Notes under the pieces: model-generated
The model's database searches: none
What the model was told of the DNA's origin: nothing
Seen by the model: the letters and a program-made list of their open reading frames with translations, nothing else
Translations under genes and position numbers: made by a program
NCBI GenBank assembly: GCA_000002445.1
Contig: CP000069.1
Span: 1,216,001-1,280,000 of the forward strand
Length of the DNA: 64,000 nucleotides
DNA from: Trypanosoma brucei
Taxonomy: Eukaryota
Direction: 5' to 3'
Part shown: positions 1 through 13,842 of the stretch, piece after piece
Position numbering within the stretch: position 1 is the first letter of the stretch
How the letters are laid out: each line of letters starts with the position of its first letter

Positions 1-1302
1 GATAGTAAGTATGACCATGTTGACTATAGCCACCGAATCCGGGGAGTTACACAACCCAATGTCCCGCATGGCAATCACCACTGTCGAATTGGAGACGTCC
101 CTCTCCGGGTATTCTTTTTGGCCTGACCTGCCGAAGCCGAACACAGAAAGGTACCGGGGTGCTGGGTTAGGCGTGATAGAAGCTTGTCCGGAGGAACTAG
201 TCTTCTGGAGAAGACTCGATACCCTCCCAGCTCCCTTAAGCGTAAATACCTGTAGCTCGTCAACAATAGGACAGAAGGCATACACTGCACGCTTTTGGTT
301 TGTCGAAGGTGCCTCCGTATCCCCTTGCGGAAGGTCTAACATGAACCGAAGATTTATCCGTCCACCCCGCTGACATCGCGTTGCGCTGCTGTTTTCCAAC
401 CAAGGGAAACAGGCCTGCTTTGGGCCACAACCCGTCCCACCCGTCGCACCAACGCCAAAAAAAACACCCGACGCTGTGCAAATAGCGAGGGCTACGAAAA
501 AAACGAACATGAAGCTTCAGCAATCGCCCTTACGCACGCCCTGCTGAAAGGAGCGTGCATAAATAAGTATATGCGAGAGACATTCAATGACAAGATAAAG
601 GTGAAAACGGCAAAGCGAGTTAAAGTGACAAAATAACCCAACAAGAAACAGTCAAAGTATGAAGGCTACAAACGTGTCAGCGCCGGAAACTACGTTTACC
701 GTATATTCTGGGGTAGAAGGAAATAGTGCACCATTGACAGAAAGGGCACGTCTTGTACAACACACATCTGTTTCACCAGCGCACAGAATAAAAGAAGCTA
801 CCAACACAAGGAACCCGCTACGCCCATGAATGGCAATAACGGAAACCGATACCGCGCAGCACATTAGTGTGTCACAGACGAGAACAAGACATCCCGCACC
901 TTCCCCAACAACCACAAAGAGTTTCTACTACACCTACTGCTAAAGTATGAGCTATGCTCCGCATTTAAAATACCCCCTCCCCTCATAAAGAAAAACGGCA
1001 ATAAAAGGTAACCCATTCAACTCGTCACGTGCTCCAACAGATCCCCCAGAAAGCGGCTGCTGTGGATTCGAACGCTATATCATAAAAACACTTATACTTT
1101 CTATCGTACAACGTAAAACACCTAACAATGAACGAAATACCAAATGGACATATCTTCCGACGCCTATGAGTCCACTATATACCATTTCCACTACAGACTC
1201 TACCACTATCTCTTCGGGAGAGACGAACACGAACTTTCAAACTTATCTACCACAGATATCATCACAATCGATGTCATTGATAGACGACACCACGTGCTTT
1301 CC

Positions 1303-2013
1303 TCAATGAACTGCAGCACTACTATTTCCACCCTCTCTACCACAAGAATGGTCTGCACTGCTACTACTAGTACTAGATCCAGCATAAGCGGGATGCACCT
1401 CATACTTGTGGTGAGGATGCTTCCATCGGTGTCGCTCAGGGTTGAACACGGCTCGATACACATGTGGATCTGGCTCCCTTCCGTCTTGAAATGGCCGATC
1501 ACGCAGCACTCCACCAACGTCACGTATAGGTTGCATCAAATCATCAGCGGCCTCGGGGGTAGTTGCAATCTTTTGTTCCTCTTCCCTCCAATCATCATCA
1601 TTGTCCTCATCAGTAGACATATTAATAAATTTAAGGCGACACCATTTGCAGCAAACGACCTCACCACGAGGGCATTTAATAAAAATCTTTGGATGCTGCA
1701 AAATATAATGTGAGTGGCCCTGGCACCATATGTGATGACGATAAACAGGAACAGGAGGTATCTCACACACTATACCGCCGCGATTATACCAATTCAATTG
1801 AGGTGTACGTCGACCTGGTCCCAAAATACCTGGATGAAGGGAAGCTAGCTCATGTACATGTGTATTCCATCCATACTTTGGGTCTTTTGGGTGTGTAAAT
1901 ACCAATTGTTTCTGATTCGTAACGCGGCTCGCATACTCCAGAGGCATGTATACCGGGGGCCCGTAATGACCCGTATTGTTAGAAAATGTCAGAAACAAAA
2001 AAGACCGCTTCAT
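1303..2013 (-). CDS. hypothetical conserved protein (His/Cys-rich, acidic stretch DEDNDDDW); function unknown
   Basis: ORF 1303..2091 minus. Start moved to the internal ATG at 2011-2013 (MKRSFLF...), which follows a T-rich tract on the coding strand. Same orientation as all neighbours. No family recognised. Confidence 0.4.
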   Translation of the reverse strand: MKRSFLFLTFSNNTGHYGPPVYMPLEYASRVTNQKQLVFTHPKDPKYGWNTHVHELASLHPGILGPGRRTPQLNWYNRGGIVCEIPPVPVYRHHIWCQGHSHYILQHPKIFIKCPRGEVVCCKWCRLKFINMSTDEDNDDDWREEEQKIATTPEAADDLMQPIRDVGGVLRDRPFQDGREPDPHVYRAVFNPERHRWKHPHHKYEVHPAYAGSSTSSSSADHSCGREGGNSSAAVH

Positions 2014-2551
2014 TACACTACAATGCAAACTAAAAAGATGTAATTTTTTTTTTAAATACAGAAACACAAATGAAAACAGCAAAAAAAACAAAAAAACTCA
2101 ACATTACAATGTAAAAAGAAAGATCCAGGCATAAACCTTGCTCAATTATGCATCCATTTCCCCTTAACTGTGTTCACCATTCCACACAATTCATATATTT
2201 TCCCCAATTTTCACTTACTCCCACTACCCTAGAATATTATTCCTTTAGGTACATAAAAATCAAATCTCTTACGTTTTGTAGCATTCTCTCCCCCTCCACA
2301 CATTACTGCTTAAATATCAAAGACGCAAAAGTGCTCATCGGATGTTCCATTCTACACATAGGGGCTTTGCCATCCCTCCTTGTCCGTCACACATATATTC
2401 TTAATCTGGTCTGCTAAGACAGTTTGTCGTAGCAATTGGTCATTCGAAACCAAAGTGCATTACAAAACAAGAGTACGGGTGGTCATAGTGCTAAATGCAG
2501 GGCTCTTACACCCGCACCACACGCCAAGCGCGTAGGGAGCGAGAACATCAC

Positions 2552-3793
<1,242 letters not shown>

Positions 3794-3897
3794 TCAACGT
3801 GCAGTCAGAGACTTCATACAGACATATATGCGTGGACGCGTTTGTAAACTTGTACCGTCGCGGTACCTCACGAACATTCTGCTATCAACGGGTGACA

Positions 3898-4547
3898 CTA
3901 CTGAGGCGGAAGGCTTAGGTTGACGCCCCCCGCAACGGCGCGGGCGGACGATATGAGGGTTGCAAGACTAGCGTACTCGTCATCTGTGGGGGCAGCCATA
4001 GCGGAAACCCTCCACAGCTTCTGCAGTGTGGGAAACCGTTCCTTGTGATGCGCACACGCCCCATCAACCACTGAACCAGCAGTGGAACTACTGAGTTGAC
4101 TTCCACGCTTACTATGGATGCCATCCAGAGGCGCGAGGTGGGCAGTCACAGCATGTCCCCCCGGTGGCCTTACACTAATTGAAGGTTCTAACTTTGCGCA
4201 AGCGTTCGGCAGTTGACGCAGCATACGATCGTTCATGAGTGTCTTCTGCAGCCCAATAGACCTGAGAGCGGGCATACAGTCCATAAAGCGAAGCAAGTAG
4301 AATCCCGCCTTGTTGGAGAGCGGATTGTTCGACAGGTCAAGAGAGACGAGTAGTGGGGAGTGCTCCACCAGTGTCTCACATATTCGGACGACGCTGTCAT
4401 CCGTTAGGTAATTCTGGGACAGGTTCAGCACCTGTAAACCAGAGCAGTGTCGAAGCACCGCATTCACCAGCGGCTGAATGTCATTCCTCCCTAGTAAACT
4501 CCGCGAGAAATCGAGTTTTTTCAACGCGCTTAAACCCTCTACCGTCT
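3898..4547 (-). pseudogene. 5'-truncated partial duplicate of the leucine-rich-repeat gene at 6500..7240
   Basis: Nucleotide identity with 6500..7149 is essentially complete and stops abruptly at 4547/7149. The copy encodes the C-terminal ~216 aa of the LRR protein but lacks its authentic N-terminus. The ORF-track start (MKNLLE, 4563) lies in unrelated junction sequence. Confidence 0.5.
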
Positions 4548-4713
4548 CCAATAGGTTTTTCACTATGAAATCATTAGATTAGGGGAAAGCAAATAGTCAC
4601 GTTTCTACACATCCAACCTTCGAAACCGATGAGGTTATCCCTACATTATAACTGTAAAAGCAAAAGAGGCGCATATGCACACGCACAAAGCTGAAGACAC
4701 GGTTCCCGAGCAT

Positions 4714-7149
<2,436 letters not shown>

Positions 7150-7572
7150 CCGGTAGTCCCTTCATGAGGTGACTGCTAACATTGCATCGAGTGCTAATAC
7201 ATTTTTCCGTACATGGTTCATGGGGTGAGTGATTCATCATGTCTATATACTAAAACTGTATGTATATTATAGATATATATATACATATATTGGAATGTAG
7301 TGTAATAGAGAAGTTTGTTTGAGTTTGTTTTTGATAAGTTTTTTTTCCTGTCTTTGTCGCGCAAAGATGTTTAGTGTTATTAGTAATGGGAATAATTCTC
7401 ATTCATTTTGTCTTTTTATGTCACCACGTGGTGTTTAACACCCACATTTTAAATATACCGAACCTCTTTCAAAATGGAGATGCTAGAGTAAACATTCGTA
7501 TGAGAGTTCATATTTCCCATTGCACAATCTTTAAACAAGCATGCATAGTTGTCTACTGCCTTCTTCAGGTGT

Positions 7573-8772
7573 TCAAGTGGACAAATAGTCCATAGCGTGA
7601 TTAAATGTGTCGATGCCCTTCGTTAGCACAGTTGTTTTATAGTGTATTGTCTGCGGAAAGTAGGCATCTCTCATCCATTGTTTCATCGTTTCATGCACAA
7701 ATGTTCCTTCTGCGTGCCTAGATGCAGCATTTTCGAGAATGGCCGCGCGAACCATGAAGATATAATTAGTGGTTGCAAAAGCTTGCTCAATCACCAAACT
7801 TCCGGTTTTATTACCAAGAACGTCCGTAGGTCTTATGAAACCACGTGCCATTTCGTACGTTCCACCATTACCCCGTAACTGAACGCTAGCTTTGAAGATG
7901 TTCTGGGCGAGCGTCTTGTCATCTACGGAGCTCACGATGATTGTCTCTTTCCCAGTTGATCCACTGTCGGTGTGCACATCCAAGAAGACAAATTTTTCCA
8001 CGCCGGACGCAGCGTAACTCGTGAGTACCTCACGAAGTGCTGTCAAGCTGCGTTGTTCCTCCCGACCTCCGTAAAATAAACCTTCAGGGTTGTGCCACTG
8101 TCCCCCCTCCAGCGACCGCCTGAACTCCCGCAAACCCTGCTTGAGGAACACCTTTCCAAAGTGATAAAAGAAGGTATAACGGTCAATAACACGTGGGGCC
8201 TTTGGAAGAAAGAGTGGTGACATCACACTATCATAACTTGTGTTACTAGTGTGTGAAGTTGTCAGGGCATTCCATTCCTCTTTCAAAAGGTAGTTACGGT
8301 GGAGCTCTACATTATTCTCGTTCGTGGTACGAAAGTTTGCCATACCATAAGGGTTGAGCGCGTGCACGAAAAGCACCGAAGGCCCTTCGCCACGACTAGT
8401 GTTCCACTCGCTCAAGAGCTTCGTCTGAATGGCACTCCCGGTGAACCCACCAATCCCATCAGAACCAGATATGTGAACAAGAAGCCTCTTGGAGTTCTTC
8501 CCCCGAAGGAACGCCGTGTCCAATGTGTATTCAACACCATCACGAGAAGCGATAACGGCGCGCTTAACCTCAGCACCCGCTTTCGTGGCAGCGCTAGTGA
8601 ACTTTTCCCGGGCGACATGAAAACTCTGGGCGAAGAACACTTCAGGACAGGTACTTTTATTGTGGTAGTCGCCTGGGCACACCATGGGTTCCTGGAGCGG
8701 CACAAGGTCAATGACGAAAAGCCCAACACCGATTGTGAGGACCGCTGTAAAGATGGCCTCGACGTCCGCCAT
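7573..8772 (-). CDS. N-terminally membrane-anchored hypothetical protein, M14 zinc-carboxypeptidase-like / DUF2817-like fold (possibly with a degenerate metal site)
   Basis: Start set at MADVEAIF (ATG 8770-8772), preceded by a T-rich tract. It has an N-terminal hydrophobic segment (AVLTIGVGLFVIDLV). The stretch LFVHALNPYGMANFRTTNENNVELHRNY resembles the M14/DUF2817 signature ...LNPyG...NvDLNRNF. Confidence 0.5.
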   Translation of the reverse strand: MADVEAIFTAVLTIGVGLFVIDLVPLQEPMVCPGDYHNKSTCPEVFFAQSFHVAREKFTSAATKAGAEVKRAVIASRDGVEYTLDTAFLRGKNSKRLLVHISGSDGIGGFTGSAIQTKLLSEWNTSRGEGPSVLFVHALNPYGMANFRTTNENNVELHRNYLLKEEWNALTTSHTSNTSYDSVMSPLFLPKAPRVIDRYTFFYHFGKVFLKQGLREFRRSLEGGQWHNPEGLFYGGREEQRSLTALREVLTSYAASGVEKFVFLDVHTDSGSTGKETIIVSSVDDKTLAQNIFKASVQLRGNGGTYEMARGFIRPTDVLGNKTGSLVIEQAFATTNYIFMVRAAILENAASRHAEGTFVHETMKQWMRDAYFPQTIHYKTTVLTKGIDTFNHAMDYLST

Positions 8773-9179
8773 CGCTAGTAGCGACAAGAAAAAAGTGGAA
8801 AACAAACACTCCCCCTCAGCTTTTTTTTCCTTGATAAACACTTTTCACACACGCTCCCACGCAAAGGCCCCTCTCCCTCCCTCCCTAATGATGCTTTTCG
8901 TTTAGTATTAATTTCTGCCGGCTCCGATTATCGACGAGCGGTCGGCACTCTGACAAACCGATCTTAACAGACCATTCATCCGGTAAACAGAGAGAGAGGA
9001 GGAGAAGGCGTGAACTTCGTGACAAACGAATTTGGGGAAGCTTCGGATGCCAAAAACAACGGCGGGTAGGTGGTTCTGGGAAGGGGTTAAAAGGGAGAAC
9101 TGACGCACACGGGCGAGCAACTGTCAAATCAGCCTGCAGCAAGAACTTGCGTTACTGTGCAACAGTACGACACACGAAC

Positions 9180-9722
9180 TCAAGTGGTAGATTCAGTTTC
9201 AGACGCTACAAAGGGTGGGACGCCCCGCAGCCGTAAAGTTATGAGCGTCCCACGACATTGCAGTAACTTTGTCTCACGAAGTATAACTACTTGAATGTAT
9301 TCCACCAGGTCAAGTAGATGCGGTTCCAATTCTCGGAAGCCACGCCCCTCTCCCTCCAGTATCTCCACAGTACGTGCTATAACAAGCAACAGTGGATCGG
9401 GAAGCATCTCGTTCATATCCTTCAACGAATCAACAATCATCTTCAAATACATGGGCCGCACGTGCGGCTGGCTATCTTGCAGGTTCCTCAGAACCCGCCT
9501 TATCTGATGTACGCCCTGCAGTACAGCCACTTCGGGATACAAACGGGCAAGCGAGGGCTCAGAAGAACAGAGTACATCGAACACGACTTCATTGGACCGA
9601 GTGTTGACTGCCTGCGTGGCTGCGTGGGCAAGAAGGGCCAGAATTTTCCTGTGCTTTTCGGCAAAGGGTTCGACAGGAAACGATACACCTTCAAGCAGTG
9701 CGCTGTCACTGCCCTCTGCCAT
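9180..9722 (-). CDS. hypothetical protein (181 aa), function unknown
   Basis: Only the C-terminal 181 codons of the 444-aa track ORF look like protein (MAEGSDSALLEG... from ATG 9720-9722). The upstream part runs through an (AC)n microsatellite and overlaps the Sm-like gene, so it is an artefact. Confidence 0.4.
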   Translation of the reverse strand: MAEGSDSALLEGVSFPVEPFAEKHRKILALLAHAATQAVNTRSNEVVFDVLCSSEPSLARLYPEVAVLQGVHQIRRVLRNLQDSQPHVRPMYLKMIVDSLKDMNEMLPDPLLLVIARTVEILEGEGRGFRELEPHLLDLVEYIQVVILRETKLLQCRGTLITLRLRGVPPFVASETESTT

Positions 9723-10048
9723 ACGGCTAAGAAACACACACACAAATAAACAGCAACGCGCAAGCCAACAAGGGGGAAAGGGGGAAAACTGAATAAAGAA
9801 AGCGGATGAAATAGAGGACATACGACAGACGGGTAAAATGCAAAAACAAACGCTGGAACATAGAGAGTTCCAGCTCACCGCAAGAAAGGGGGGAAAAGGA
9901 ATGTTACTAGGTAAAAAAGAGCTTAGAATCAAGGTGTTCGGCACGGCTCGACTTCGCTTCGTCCTCTTCATACCTGGTGCAGGCGCCACATTTTGCCATA
10001 ACAGAGAGTGGGCTGTCCACCACACGTCATTACCTTTGCATTCAACGT

Positions 10049-10067
10049 ACACACACACACACACACA
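10049..10067. repeat. (AC)9 microsatellite
   Basis: acacacacacacacacaca read directly. It is translated as CVCVCVCV in the spurious long ORF. Confidence 0.9.
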
Positions 10068-10293
10068 AACGCATAAATGCGTACGGTAGCACAGCAGCAA
10101 GTTATCAGGGTCCACCAAACCAACTCCCCACTGGACAATATGAAGATGACCAAACACCGCCCTCCATAGCCACCGCACTGCACGTAACCAACCGTTACGG
10201 TTGAGGAAAGCAAAGTGCGTACTCCCCAAAGGCAGAATAGCCGCTAACCTACCCCAGATCTCCTTTGTCAAGGTTATCTTCACTTCACGCCTC

Positions 10294-10647
10294 CTATCGG
10301 AGGGGAGTGTCCAAACTTTGACTCGCCGCCTGTATTGTCTTGGACACAACTGTCTGCCTCCCTGTAATAGAGTCAATGACCGTCGCATCCGTCGTGACAC
10401 CACTCGAATGCTTAACCGACAGCACACTGCTTCCGCGGACAAACAGCACACAGTTGTAGCATTCATTCCTGATGCTACCCCTACGGCGCTTAAGTGGTTT
10501 CCTACGCTCCGCATCGGTCAATATTAAGTTCGAGGTCGGACTGAAGGACACAAGACGGCCCACAAGTGTGGAGCCGTCATCCAAATCCACACTAACGCGG
10601 CAGCCCAAGAAGGAAAGGAAACTACGCCGCTCGGATTTGACAGACAT
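10294..10647 (-). CDS. Sm-like (Sm/LSm fold) small RNA-binding protein
   Basis: An Sm1-like block (VSVDLDDGSTLVGRLVSFSPTSNLILTDAER) and an Sm2-like block (YNCVLFVRGSSVLSV) are separated by a basic insert (RRKPLKRRRGSIRNE). Confidence 0.55.
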   Translation of the reverse strand: MSVKSERRSFLSFLGCRVSVDLDDGSTLVGRLVSFSPTSNLILTDAERRKPLKRRRGSIRNECYNCVLFVRGSSVLSVKHSSGVTTDATVIDSITGRQTVVSKTIQAASQSLDTPLR

Positions 10648-11176
10648 TTAGTCACTTGACAAGAGACTCCACCGTCTTGCTACGAGAGAAAAGCAGCAAC
10701 GCAGAAATAAAATCACGGGGAAAAAATAGAAATAGCGAAAAGAAGTCACCTAAAAGAGAAGCGATAAGAAGGGAGAAATGCACATCAGCCCAAAACGTTG
10801 AGAGGGGCACAATTACTCGAAAATTGATAACTTCCATTAACTTGTTTGCGACCTTCAAATATATAAATAAACGTAAATATATATTTTTTCTTCACGGAAA
10901 CCCAACAATAACAAGCACATCCACATTAGTTGAGCAGAAAAGGAGAGGTACCGGAGGAAGATTCGTGGGTAGATGTGAGCGCGCACAGACGTACACGGGA
11001 AGGGGAAAAAAAAAAGAAAATTCTCGCCACGCCCTTGCTCTCCGAATATACAATCCGGAAACCTTCCCCCTACCCGCCTTCCTCCTCAACCAAATCCTGC
11101 CTCGTCACGCCACCAACAAAACTCACACCCTTTTAACTTGTTACCTTTTTACCTGTTGTCTAGACAAGGTGGTTTA

Positions 11177-12040
11177 CTACTCCATCTTGAAATCATCGCG
11201 TTTCCGCCGCTTTTGACCTACCAGGAACGCCTTACCGCTTTCCATGGCGATATCCTCCTTGCGCTTCGGTGGAGCAGGTGGAAAAACGGATTTCTCTTTA
11301 TTGGCTTGCTTCTTGAGTGAAGCCTGAAGCTTCTCTTTCTTGGCTTTCTTGACAGCCTTTGCCTTCTCTTTGTTCTGTAAGGTCTTCTTGTAAACTGGAA
11401 TGAAGCGGCTCCAGTCTTCGTGCTTTAGGTCTTCACGTTTTGCGAGCTCCCGCTTGATGAGTAGCTGCTTGAGACCGTAGATTGGATGGATGTTGTTCAT
11501 GCAGTCGTCAACAATCTTTCGCACCTGTTGGCACCCCTTCACGGGGCCCATCACAGCTACTGTCTTTCCCTGAACGAGAACATAACAGCCCGTGAGAATT
11601 TCTAAAGCTTTTAGCGTCTGGGCCTTGGGGCCAATGAGTCGGTCGCGCCGTTTTATAAATCTGCGAGTGCTCTTTCCCTTTAGTGAGATGGGAATGATGT
11701 CACAAGTAATTTCCGTTTGGAATATTTTCTGCGCCTGGGCGAGGGGAACATTTCGAGCGAGAAGTCGTATAAAGTCACGTGCCTTGACGATAGCGTATGG
11801 GTCCCACGTCCGACGGGTAGTTGCAACGGTCATGGATCCCTCCATTAGGTCCAACTTCCCTGTCAGTTGGTGTTGCCCAAGGACCGTCTCCACTGCTGGC
11901 CAAATACTTCGTATGTAGCTCTCCAGATAACTAGGGAATTGGGTTGCAAATGTGGTCTCAGCCACGCAGCACGCTCCACCGGGAACATCATCTTGGGTCA
12001 GCTCCGGCACGTGGTACTTGGATTTTGACGAAGACGTCAT
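11177..12040 (-). CDS. KRR1: KRR1 small-subunit processome component (KH-domain rRNA assembly protein)
   Basis: WDPYAIVKARDFIRLLARNVPLAQAQKIF...KGKSTRRFIKRRDRLIGPKAQTLKALEILTGCYVLVQGKTVAVMGPVKG...IHPIYGLK matches the conserved KRR1 KH region, and the tail is Lys-rich. Start set at MTSSSK (ATG 12038-12040), because the track ORF runs on through a (TA)n repeat. Confidence 0.85.
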   Translation of the reverse strand: MTSSSKSKYHVPELTQDDVPGGACCVAETTFATQFPSYLESYIRSIWPAVETVLGQHQLTGKLDLMEGSMTVATTRRTWDPYAIVKARDFIRLLARNVPLAQAQKIFQTEITCDIIPISLKGKSTRRFIKRRDRLIGPKAQTLKALEILTGCYVLVQGKTVAVMGPVKGCQQVRKIVDDCMNNIHPIYGLKQLLIKRELAKREDLKHEDWSRFIPVYKKTLQNKEKAKAVKKAKKEKLQASLKKQANKEKSVFPPAPPKRKEDIAMESGKAFLVGQKRRKRDDFKME

Positions 12041-12065
12041 CTCCTTCAGTGCACCTAAAGTCGTG

Positions 12066-12068
<3 letters not shown>

Positions 12069-12099
<31 letters not shown>
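12069..12099. repeat. (TA)15 microsatellite
   Basis: Perfect TA dinucleotide run 29 bp upstream of the KRR1 start. It produced the spurious IYIYIY extension in the ORF track. Confidence 0.95.
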
Positions 12100-12101
<2 letters not shown>

Positions 12102-12204
12102 GTGTGCGTGTTCCTCAGATGCTGTTGTGAACGAACAAGCACTTGCGCATTCATCAAATGCCAAAATTAATGAGAAAATCAGAAGGTCAAAACGCAGGAC
12201 ATTT

Positions 12205-12206
<2 letters not shown>

Positions 12207-12236
<30 letters not shown>
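12207..12236. repeat. (CA)15 microsatellite
   Basis: Perfect CA run read directly. Confidence 0.95.
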
Positions 12237-12239
<3 letters not shown>

Positions 12240-12783
12240 AAATGCATGGAGCACGAAAAAGAAACATGGGGGCACTAACTGCACAACATAGAGGGAAGCG
12301 ATGGAATAGTTCCCTGCTCATTTGTTATGTTAACGGTGGAGGGGAAATCCGTTAGGTACACAGGCCGTACACAACCGCTCACAGGTTCTCACCTGACAAG
12401 CACCAATTATAATATGGTTCCGGAGCGCAACGGAGCAGAACACACCTAAAGGAAACCCCTACGCGAGGACCGTGGGAAATAACTGTGATGCCCTCTACCA
12501 GGAGCACTGAGCAGCCACCGCCGCAGGTTTATTGCATTTCATACCAACAGTTCAGTGGTCCCAGTGGAGGGTATAGAGGTTAAAGCCCACCAAGCGGAAA
12601 ACAAAGAGAATCTCACCTCCTTACTCTCCACTGGAGTAAACTTCGCGAGCCCATCCAAGGGTTCAGCACCACTTATGATGGAAAAACAAGATGATTTAGC
12701 AACGCTGCTGCAGCGGAAGATTGCGTAAGCCGCCTAGTCCACATCCTTACAACGACACTTTCCACAAAATATGCCGGAAGATA

Positions 12784-13188
12784 TTACCCCTCTGTGTTTG
12801 GAATGGGATTCCACGCATCCAAATTCATTGCCAACGGGAGGGGAATAGCACTGGGGACCGCACCTCGTGACTCATTTGGGGGTAGTATAGGTTCCTGCAG
12901 CACCTGTTTACCGTCTGCTGAAACCTCAACTGACAATGCACGGACACAACTGCCGCCATTCCAATCAACAGCCTCCCCATCAGCATACGGCACCGGCTCC
13001 TCCCGACTATTTGGGTGACGGAAAGACACTAACAGTGTTCGGTTCACGTCCAAGTTCATAAGTGAAGCAAATGTGTGTCGGGCATCTCGCCACGAGGCCC
13101 CTTCCGGTAATGCTAAGAAGACAGTTTGGTTCCTATGTTGAACAATAACTGTATTGGGATACGACATGTGTATATTACTCTCCCGCAT
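12784..13188 (-). CDS. possible small hypothetical protein (134 aa)
   Basis: It is the only sizeable minus-strand ORF in the 1.8-kb spacer between KRR1 and eIF3d. No recognisable domain. It could instead be UTR. Confidence 0.25.
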   Translation of the reverse strand: MRESNIHMSYPNTVIVQHRNQTVFLALPEGASWRDARHTFASLMNLDVNRTLLVSFRHPNSREEPVPYADGEAVDWNGGSCVRALSVEVSADGKQVLQEPILPPNESRGAVPSAIPLPLAMNLDAWNPIPNTEG

Positions 13189-13842
13189 CCCCTATGGAAT
13201 CCCTTCCCCTCTCCCGGCTTTCACCCCTACGTTATTATTTGCTTCTCCTCGGATCAAGTGAAATATTAAACAAACTAACTTTCCCTCGAACCGCCACCCA
13301 GTACGCGATACGGCAAGGGACGAGCAACGACGGCAACCCGTAAAGCAGCAGCGGCATGCGGAAACAGTAGAGTGGAGGGTCGTGAGAAAAAAAAAACGAA
13401 GGAAGGTGGTAGACAGATGAACAGACATACAAATTCACATGCAAGAGACGAAGTGATGTGTCAAAAGAAAAATGCCTATACTCCTCCATTGCACCATCAC
13501 ACCGCCTGTTGACCCATTCTATCCGAAAAGATTCAAATGTGCGCGCGTTCGGGTGCACACGCGAACAGTGGATAAATCGAAGGTAAACCGGATTGAGTAA
13601 CTTTAAAGAGACAGGGTGATATCATTATTACCGTTTGCGCCTTTGCCTGCTCGAATTAGCATGACACAATTTTAAAGATGATAAGAGTTTTAAAACGTCT
13701 CCGTGTACTATTATTATTCTTTCTCATATATATATATATATATCCTTTGCATTAACGGGAGGCACCTTCCTCGAACAATTTATAATTCCTCAGGCTGAGA
13801 CTCCTGAGAGGACCACCACCGACTACTTTCACTCACCCTTTT

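Noticed and set aside
1040-1080. A T-loop-like string (GTTCGAATCC on the minus strand, seen as ggattcgaac) that could mark a tRNA.
   Set aside because: The flanking bases do not form a T-stem (TAGCG versus CCACA), and no acceptor, D or anticodon stems can be drawn. It is most likely a chance motif.
9723-10514. The upstream 264 codons of the 444-aa minus-strand ORF.
   Set aside because: The translation is low-complexity, reads through an (AC)n microsatellite (CVCVCVCV) and overlaps the well-formed Sm-like gene in another frame. It is an artefact of stop-poor GC-rich sequence.
12784-13558. Additional small minus-strand ORFs (13192..13428, 13235..13558) between KRR1 and eIF3d.
   Set aside because: They are mutually overlapping, low-complexity and Phe/Leu/Ser-rich. 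They most likely lie in the eIF3d 3' UTR.
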